Assembly: GCA_034722435.1 (NCBI GenBank)
Contig: JAYENX010000012.1
Location: 1 to 17,207 of the forward strand
Source of the DNA: Nanobdellota archaeon
GTDB taxonomy: Archaea > Nanobdellota > Nanobdellia > Woesearchaeales > JAHWHD01
Direction: 5' to 3'
Length of the DNA: 17,207 nt
Position 1 is the stretch's first letter. Each line of letters opens with the position of its first letter. The position numbers and the translations under genes were made by a program. Of the stretch, positions 8,027 to 14,664 are shown one piece after another. The notes beneath the pieces were generated by a model, which made no database searches, was not told the DNA's origin, and saw only the letters and a program-made list of their open reading frames with translations.

Positions 8027-8170
8027 ATGAAGCATGTGGTTAGCTTTAGTTTGGATGAAGATACAATCTTGAAGATTCGTGAGAAGTTACGTTCTAATAA
8101 AAGTTTACGAAGTAAGAGTCATCTTGTAGAAGAAGCTGTTAAAAAGTTTTTGAAGGGTGATGGTGAATGA
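8027..8170 (+). CDS. Ribbon-helix-helix (CopG/MetJ/Arc-type) DNA-binding protein, 47 aa, absent from the ORF track
   Basis: Manual translation MKHVVSFSLDEDTILKIREKLRSNKSLRSKSHLVEEAVKKFLKGDGE*: alternating beta strand VVSFSL, helix A, then SKSHLVEEAVKKFL helix B. The stop overlaps the next start as ATGA at 8167-8170. Confidence 0.85.
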   Translation: MKHVVSFSLDEDTILKIREKLRSNKSLRSKSHLVEEAVKKFLKGDGE

Positions 8171-9573
8171 GTGATGAACCTTCTAAATCGGACTTAGAGT
8201 ATTATATTAATAAATTGAAGTCTGGTGATATTGAATCTAATCTTACTGAATATGTTTCTCTTTTTGATGATGATTATTGGAATTTAGTTCAGCAGAATGA
8301 GTCTGATGATATTTCAAATTTAGATTGCTGTGAAGAGTATTTTGATCTTAATGAATATTTGTATGAGTTAGAAGAAGATAATTTTTCGGATGGTTTTGAT
8401 GAGTTTGATATTCTTGATGATAGGGTTAAGATGTATCAAAAATTTGGGATTGGTTGCCAAGAAGCTGACATTATTGAGGGTTCGGAAGTTGATCTTTATT
8501 CTCTTGATGATAAACAGTTACAAATAGTTTCGGCATTAGCACATTTTTTTGTTAAACTTTGGCACAGTAGGATTGATGATGTTTATGACGATTATGAAAA
8601 AATTATGGACGATCTTGAAGTTGGTGGTGAAATTGAATGGGATGAAAATGATCTTGATGATTATGTTTATGCAGGAACTAAAGATGTATTTGATTTAATC
8701 GGTTATTTAAATATAAACAAACCATTTTTTGATGTTCTTGGAACTGGTGTTTCAGGTTTAGTTATTTATACTAATAATTCAAACCTGGCCACTCCTTTGT
8801 TGAGTAGACGAGTTCATGAAGAGTATTCTTTTCAGGATATTCGTAATATTTATGATCTTTGTAATTCTGCTTTTAAATATATGGGTGGCGATTCAGAGGG
8901 TTTTAACAAGGAATATGGACTGCTCGAACATCTTCACGCTGTTAATCCAAATACAAAAAATGTTGTTCAGCTTAATCCTTATTCTGGTTCTGTAGAATCT
9001 TATCCTTTTTTTGTTAGGCTAGATTTAGTTGAAGGGGATTCTCTTGAAAAATTAATTTCTGATGAAGGTTATTTTAATTCGGATAAAATACTTAAAATTG
9101 TAGCTGGAATAATGAATGGTTTAATGGAGTTAAGGGAGGCTGGGATATATTTCCACAGAGATTTAAGGCCTGCTAATGTTGTTGTTGTTGATAATGATAA
9201 TCCTGTTATTGTTGATCTTGGTATTGCTTCAGATGATTCTGATGCTCTCGCTAAGGATAATCGACGTTATGGTTCTGAGACTGGTGAAACTGCTAATGAT
9301 TTGGTTTCGTTGGGTCAGATTATGTATAAGATGTATACTGGTGATTTTCTTTTTGCTGAGAGTGATTCGATGGAACGAACTATTTATGCTGATAAATTAA
9401 GAGATTATCGTGATGTTGTGTTGAATGATTTTGAACTACTTGATGAATATCTTAAGAAAGTGGATGGTAAAGTTAAAGATGAACGAGTTAGAGAATTAAT
9501 TAAAACTTGCATTCTTTCACAACCTGAAGATTATTCTATGGTTAGTGCTATGTTTGAGAGGTATAGGGGATGA
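8167..9573 (+). CDS. Protein kinase K1 (eukaryotic-like/Hanks-type fold) with a very acidic N-terminal region
   Basis: Gly-loop LGTGVSG, beta3 Lys AFKY after an insertion, alphaC NKEY, catalytic loop HRDLRPAN (9154-9177), DLG, and subdomain IX NDLVSLG. Confidence 0.92.
   Translation: MSDEPSKSDLEYYINKLKSGDIESNLTEYVSLFDDDYWNLVQQNESDDISNLDCCEEYFDLNEYLYELEEDNFSDGFDEFDILDDRVKMYQKFGIGCQEADIIEGSEVDLYSLDDKQLQIVSALAHFFVKLWHSRIDDVYDDYEKIMDDLEVGGEIEWDENDLDDYVYAGTKDVFDLIGYLNINKPFFDVLGTGVSGLVIYTNNSNLATPLLSRRVHEEYSFQDIRNIYDLCNSAFKYMGGDSEGFNKEYGLLEHLHAVNPNTKNVVQLNPYSGSVESYPFFVRLDLVEGDSLEKLISDEGYFNSDKILKIVAGIMNGLMELREAGIYFHRDLRPANVVVVDNDNPVIVDLGIASDDSDALAKDNRRYGSETGETANDLVSLGQIMYKMYTGDFLFAESDSMERTIYADKLRDYRDVVLNDFELLDEYLKKVDGKVKDERVRELIKTCILSQPEDYSMVSAMFERYRG
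9556..9573 (+). repeat. 18-nt direct repeat at the K1/K2 junction, copy 1
   Basis: gagaggtataggggatga is identical to 10893-10910. Confidence 0.95.
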
Positions 9574-10910
9574 CTGGGCTAATTGATGGAATTAAAGATT
9601 TCATTAGATGGTGTTTTTATGGGAAAGAAATAGACCCTGAAGCATTGGAGGAATTTAAACATTTAATTAACTCTGATATAAGGCATCCTGAAAATTGGGA
9701 AAGAGAGTATGGTCCTGAGTATGATGCCAGATTTTCTTTAGAAGATATTTTTGAATTTTGTTCAGGTGGAATTCTTCCTGATGAGGCAAACTCTTATAAT
9801 TCTCGATTTGGTGCAGAGGATATTAATTTTTTAGTAGGTGCGAAGTGTTCTCCTGAAATAGCTGAACAATACTCTGATGATATAAGTGGAAAAGTTGTTG
9901 CGATTATGCACAAATTTGGGATTCTTTCTAGTTCATTTGAAGATGTTAGACTAAAAAACTTTGCGGAAATATTGGAGTCAGTACATAAAGTAGATATTGG
10001 GGAGTTTTTGTCATATGATTCGGAATTGCTTGGGACGGGATATTCAGGAACTGTTGTTTTATTTAGGGGTACTGCATTAAAATTTTCAAAAGACGCAAAA
10101 AAAGAGGCAGTAATAATATCTCAGATTTATGACGCTAATGCAGATAATTTGGTAAATACAATCAAAATGTATAGGGGGTCTTATCCTGGTTATTTTAAAA
10201 TTGAATCTATTATTGGAGATAGTTTGGAAATAATAATTTCTAATATGGCTCCTCTTGATTCTGAAATTAATCTTAGAATTTCAACAGGAATATTAAACGG
10301 ACTTATAGAAATGCGAAAAGCTGGAGTCTTTTATCATTGTGACCTTCGGCCTGCCAATATTCTATTAGCTGAAAAATTTGATTTTTTGAAACTATTACAT
10401 GAAATACTATGTTCAGGTATGAACGTAGACCCTGATGAAGTTAAGTACATAGAGCCCGAATATATGCGTTTTAAATACAGTGACCCTAAAATAATAGATT
10501 TCGAAATAGCTACAACAGATAGACATTACATGCAGAATGTTTACAAAGGATGTAAGGGGGAAGATTCGGTTCCTGATAAAAATCGTCGTTTTGGTGGTCC
10601 TAATGATTTAGTTTCATTGGGTCAGATGATGTATCTGATGGCTACTGGTGAACATATATTTTTGAATAAAAAAACTGGAGATGAGTCTGAGTCTATGTCA
10701 AGAACTTTTGGTTCAGTTGCTGATAGGATTAATGATTATAGGACTAAAGTTTATTTAGATGAGAGTGGTGAACTTTTGAAAGGTCATCTTAAACAAGTTG
10801 ATGATACTGTTGAAGATGAGGGTGTAGCTTTCTTGATAAAAGAGTGTTTAACTGCCAGGAATTATGATTATGGGAGAGTTAAGAGGGTGTTCGAGAGGTA
10901 TAGGGGATGA
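9570..10910 (+). CDS. Protein kinase K2 with N-terminal 25-aa repeats
   Basis: LGTGYSG, ALKF, KKE, HCDLRPAN (10335-10358), DFE in place of DFG, and NDLVSLG. ATGA overlap with K1. Confidence 0.9.
   Translation: MTGLIDGIKDFIRWCFYGKEIDPEALEEFKHLINSDIRHPENWEREYGPEYDARFSLEDIFEFCSGGILPDEANSYNSRFGAEDINFLVGAKCSPEIAEQYSDDISGKVVAIMHKFGILSSSFEDVRLKNFAEILESVHKVDIGEFLSYDSELLGTGYSGTVVLFRGTALKFSKDAKKEAVIISQIYDANADNLVNTIKMYRGSYPGYFKIESIIGDSLEIIISNMAPLDSEINLRISTGILNGLIEMRKAGVFYHCDLRPANILLAEKFDFLKLLHEILCSGMNVDPDEVKYIEPEYMRFKYSDPKIIDFEIATTDRHYMQNVYKGCKGEDSVPDKNRRFGGPNDLVSLGQMMYLMATGEHIFLNKKTGDESESMSRTFGSVADRINDYRTKVYLDESGELLKGHLKQVDDTVEDEGVAFLIKECLTARNYDYGRVKRVFERYRG
10893..10910 (+). repeat. 18-nt direct repeat at the K2/K3 junction, copy 2
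   Basis: gagaggtataggggatga is identical to 9556-9573. Confidence 0.95.
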
Positions 10911-12487
10911 GTTCAGAACAAAATATTTTGGAATTAGAAATGTTAGTAAAATTAGATTCAATTCTAATAAATATACAAGATTATTATAGAAATGCAAATA
11001 AGATAAAAGATAAACAAATACCTTCAAAAATTGAAATATTAGAAAATATTCAGACTTATAGATCTGAAGTGAAATTAAATGGGACAAAGCAAGAAAATGA
11101 TCATGTTCCGAGGTTATATGGCTGTGTTGGAGATTTAGTTCCAAATGATATGAACGAAACAAAACAAGAAAGAGACGTGAGAGAAGAAGTTTCAAGATTA
11201 TATGGGCGGGCTAGACGATTAGTACCTAATACTATACATGAGACAAAACTAGAAAAAGAAGTGAGAGATATAGTTTCGAGATTATATGGGCGGGTTAGAG
11301 AATTAGTGCCAAATGATCAAATTATAGAAGCAATAAAAATTAAAGATAAAGTTATAAATAGATATCAAGGCAAATTATCTGCAAGAGACAAAATTGTTTT
11401 AATGGTAAACAAAGTAGAACCAACTTTCGCAAACGAGATAAGGGATTTTTACAGAGCTCAGTTTGAAGATTTAAATTTGTATAAAACTTATGAGCCTGTT
11501 TCCGCAGTAGATTTAATATATTTAAAAAACTTAGGAGTTCAAACTAAAGACTTACAAGAAGTTAATAAGCAAAAAGATCTATTTGATTTAAGTATTTTAA
11601 CTCAGTTGACTTTAATCAGGTCTGGGATAAATTTAGAAAAATTATTAAAAAAATTTTCAATTTTAAAAGTTAAACAATTAGTCAATGAGATTAGGATTAG
11701 TTCACGAAGTGATCAGAGAATCAAAGCGTTGTTTGTAGGGAACAAATCTGTTGTGATACGAAAAACTATACGAACACCGACTAACCGAGATGAATGCGCT
11801 TGTGGGTATATTTCCGAATCTATAGTGAAATACTGTGATGATCCTGAACCTGAAAAACAGATTTTAAAAACTATTGAGGGAGTTTGTTTTAATAATGTCA
11901 TAGAAATTCCAATTCAAAGATGGGATCAATCAACAATTATATTAAGATATATTCCGGGAGATTCATTAGAAGAAATTCTATCTCGGAATCCTCTTAGCTT
12001 TGAAAAAACAATTCAATATACAAAAGGAATACTCGCTGGGTTAATTGAACTTCAGAAAAATGGGATTTATTATCATAGAGATATAAGACCCGCAAACATA
12101 ATTATAGATAGCCTGATAGATGCGCCAGTAATAATTGATTTAGGAATTGCTATAATGGAAGAAGATGCGTGTGCAAAAGATAATCGGAGATATGGTCCTT
12201 CAGGACCTCAAGCTAATGACTTAATTTCTTTAGGTCAAGTGATGTATAAAATGGCAACAGGTAAGCACATTTTTGCTAAATCTCAATCAATGGAAAAAAC
12301 AGTTTATGCACAAGATCTCGCAGATCATAGGGATTGGATTTATGCTGACAGAATAAGATTAAATTATTATTTTAAAAAAGTTGATAAAAACTTGCCTATT
12401 AATCTTGCGACCCTTATAAAAGTTTGTTTAACTGCAAATAACGATGATCATGAAAAAATACAACGTTTGTTGGAGGCTTACGAATGA
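10907..12487 (+). CDS. Protein kinase K3 with N-terminal 28-aa repeats and a degenerate Gly-loop
   Basis: LFVGNKSVVI (one Gly retained), IVKY, PEPE, HRDIRPAN (12074-12097), DLG, and NDLISLG. ATGA overlap with K2. Confidence 0.9.
   Translation: MSSEQNILELEMLVKLDSILINIQDYYRNANKIKDKQIPSKIEILENIQTYRSEVKLNGTKQENDHVPRLYGCVGDLVPNDMNETKQERDVREEVSRLYGRARRLVPNTIHETKLEKEVRDIVSRLYGRVRELVPNDQIIEAIKIKDKVINRYQGKLSARDKIVLMVNKVEPTFANEIRDFYRAQFEDLNLYKTYEPVSAVDLIYLKNLGVQTKDLQEVNKQKDLFDLSILTQLTLIRSGINLEKLLKKFSILKVKQLVNEIRISSRSDQRIKALFVGNKSVVIRKTIRTPTNRDECACGYISESIVKYCDDPEPEKQILKTIEGVCFNNVIEIPIQRWDQSTIILRYIPGDSLEEILSRNPLSFEKTIQYTKGILAGLIELQKNGIYYHRDIRPANIIIDSLIDAPVIIDLGIAIMEEDACAKDNRRYGPSGPQANDLISLGQVMYKMATGKHIFAKSQSMEKTVYAQDLADHRDWIYADRIRLNYYFKKVDKNLPINLATLIKVCLTANNDDHEKIQRLLEAYE
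11105..11320 (+). repeat. Intragenic 84-nt (28-aa) tandem repeat in K3, about 2.5 copies
   Basis: Units start at 11105, 11189 and 11273: V(P/S)RLYG....LVPN...ETK.E..VR.. Confidence 0.9.
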
Positions 12488-13800
12488 ATTTTGACGACGA
12501 TCCGTATGATGGATGGTTCGATGCTCTCTATGAAGCTGAATTTGAAGATTTTCCTGAAGAGTTTTGTAAAGATTATGGGATTTCAAAGAGTGTTTTATTA
12601 GAATTATTATCTAAAGGGGATGTTAATTTTTGGGATATAATTCAGATTTCAGAATCTGGAGGGGATTGGGGAATAGTAAGTGATTGGATTCCAAATGATT
12701 CTGATTTGGATATAGTTGAGGTTTATCGGGCTATTAAAGGTTCACCTGAATGGTATAAAGGATATGATGTAACGAAATTTAAGAAACATGAAATGGCAAA
12801 ACTAATTTCTAATAATGTTGGATTAGATGCAAATGATTATAATTCTAGGTTTTCAATTGATGATATAATTAATTTATCAAATTTTGAAGTAAATTCCGAT
12901 CTTGCAGATGAATATCCTGTAGATGCAACAACTCCTGCTATTTGTTTGATGAAACATTTTGCTCAGTTGCCAAATTCAAAAGAAGCAGAAAGATTACATG
13001 AATTATTTAATAAAATTTTTAATTTGTATGGTCTTGGAGGAGATTATCAGTTACTGGGAACTGGTGCAACTGCTGTAGTTTTATTAAGAGATAGAAAAGC
13101 AGTAAAATTTTCATATGGGATAAATAGAGAATATACTTATTTAGATGGAGTACGATTTGCTTGTTCTGGGACGCAAAATAATATTGTTAAATTAAAAGGT
13201 AAGGTTCAACAAAATATTGCATTAGAGATTGAACATATTAAAGGAAAACCATTAGGGGAAATTTTTATAGAAAGAAGGGTAGTTCCAAGGGATACGATAA
13301 GACAATATGCGTCTGGGATTTTAAATGGAATTCTTGAATTGCGAAAGGCAGGAATTTATCACCATGATATTCATGATAGGAATATAATGATTGAACAAGG
13401 GGGACGGGCTGTAATAATTGATTTAGGTGCAGCATCTAAAAATCCAGAACAATATAATCCTTTCAATAGGGCTTATGGCGGTAACAATGATATTATTTCA
13501 TTGGGTCAGTTATTATATCGTATGGCGAGTGGTGAAAATCTTTTTAAAGAAGATGCAAGAAATTTTACTTGTTATTCTGAATGCAAAGATGGAATAAAAA
13601 CTGAGAGGGAACGAGTGTATGAAAATCCTGTTTTATTTAGACAATATATGAATTTGATAAAGAAAACAGTTAGTCCGAAAATTGATAAAGATAATAGGGT
13701 TACAGAATTAATATTAACTTTACTGGATGCTGATTTGTGGAAACAACCTGATTATGAAAGGGTGGTTCAGGTAAAAAAAGAGGTTGAGGAGTGTTTGTAA
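12484..13800 (+). CDS. Protein kinase K4 with N-terminal 25-aa repeats
   Basis: LGTGATA, AVKF, NRE, HHDIHDRN (13360-13383), DLG, and NDIISLG. ATGA overlap with K3, with SD-like GGAGG upstream. Confidence 0.9.
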   Translation: MNFDDDPYDGWFDALYEAEFEDFPEEFCKDYGISKSVLLELLSKGDVNFWDIIQISESGGDWGIVSDWIPNDSDLDIVEVYRAIKGSPEWYKGYDVTKFKKHEMAKLISNNVGLDANDYNSRFSIDDIINLSNFEVNSDLADEYPVDATTPAICLMKHFAQLPNSKEAERLHELFNKIFNLYGLGGDYQLLGTGATAVVLLRDRKAVKFSYGINREYTYLDGVRFACSGTQNNIVKLKGKVQQNIALEIEHIKGKPLGEIFIERRVVPRDTIRQYASGILNGILELRKAGIYHHDIHDRNIMIEQGGRAVIIDLGAASKNPEQYNPFNRAYGGNNDIISLGQLLYRMASGENLFKEDARNFTCYSECKDGIKTERERVYENPVLFRQYMNLIKKTVSPKIDKDNRVTELILTLLDADLWKQPDYERVVQVKKEVEECL

Positions 13801-13822
13801 TGACTAAAGAAGAAGTTCAATC

Positions 13823-13861
13823 TTCGGAAATATTCCGAAAAAATATGAAAATATTTAAAAA
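13823..13861 (+). promoter_or_regulatory. Inverted repeat (possible operator) plus TATA-like box upstream of the phosphatase genes
   Basis: TTCGGAA-ATA-TTCCGAA at 13823-13839. TTTAAAAA at 13854-13861, about 27 nt before ATG 13888. Confidence 0.45.
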
Positions 13862-13887
13862 TGAATTTTGGATACATAATAAAGAAA

Positions 13888-14664
13888 ATGCATTTAATAT
13901 TTGATGTTGATGGAACTCTGTATAATAAATCTAGAGATTACAAAGGTAACGGGACAATCTTAGATTCTCATGAATTTATGAGATATGCTACTTATGTTGC
14001 TGCTTTGAATAGGTGTGTTGCTGATGAAGTTGTGGCTGGTTTAGTGTTGGGGGAATATAATCGACATGTTGAGCAAGGTTCGCTTTTGGAAGCAATTGCT
14101 GGATTTTCTTCAGAGACAAAAGAAGAATACTCTGTTTTAGTAGAAAAGCATGGTTCAAATGGTAATGTTTTTGTGAATGAATTTGGTTCTAATTCAGGAT
14201 ACCTTTCTGAGATGCTTTCCCATATAGATTTTAAAGAAGTTTTAGATGAAGATTATGAACTTCAGAAAACTATTTCTTATTTAAAACAGCATCATACATT
14301 GGGAATTTTTACAAGTGAAGTTTATTCTACTGTGGAATCCGTTTTTGAAGTTCTTGGTTTAGATTTAACTGATTTTAGTATGATTTTGACAGCTGAAGAT
14401 GTAGTACATAAGAAACCTGGCAGGGAGGGTTTCGATAGGGTACTTCAATTAACTGGACAACCTTCTGTAAATGTGAATTATATAGGTGATCATTTAACTA
14501 AAGATGTTAAAGCACCTTTGGCATTAGGTATGCGCGCTATTCATGTAACTTGGAAATCGGGGGATATTAAAGGTAAGCGTGTAGTGCCTAATCTTCATGG
14601 ATGTTATGATTCTAAATCTTATATTGAAATTCCTACTATTTATAATTTAACGGAGATATTTTGA
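13888..14664 (+). CDS. HAD-superfamily hydrolase (phosphatase); the track start is 13861, but 13888 is more likely
   Basis: Motif I LIFDVDGTL, motif II FTS, motif III KKP, motif IV YIGDHLTKD. HAD proteins usually start just before motif I, and the TATA spacing fits 13888. Confidence 0.92.
   Translation: MHLIFDVDGTLYNKSRDYKGNGTILDSHEFMRYATYVAALNRCVADEVVAGLVLGEYNRHVEQGSLLEAIAGFSSETKEEYSVLVEKHGSNGNVFVNEFGSNSGYLSEMLSHIDFKEVLDEDYELQKTISYLKQHHTLGIFTSEVYSTVESVFEVLGLDLTDFSMILTAEDVVHKKPGREGFDRVLQLTGQPSVNVNYIGDHLTKDVKAPLALGMRAIHVTWKSGDIKGKRVVPNLHGCYDSKSYIEIPTIYNLTEIF

Noticed and set aside
8737-8920. K1 (and K3) as pseudokinases lacking the ATP-binding Lys
   Set aside because: The Lys and alphaC Glu are present after an insertion (AFKY...NKEY in K1; IVKY...PEPE in K3), and the catalytic Asp/Asn and DLG are intact. 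Only the K3 Gly-loop is degenerate.
7101-11901. Track ORFs 7101-7568, 9176-9400, 10848-11195 and 11713-11901
   Set aside because: They lie fully inside longer genes and have no motifs, SD or promoter support.
8167-13800. The four kinase ORFs as frameshifted pieces of one giant gene
   Set aside because: Each has a full kinase domain, an SD-like signal and an ATGA coupling, as in an ordinary operon.
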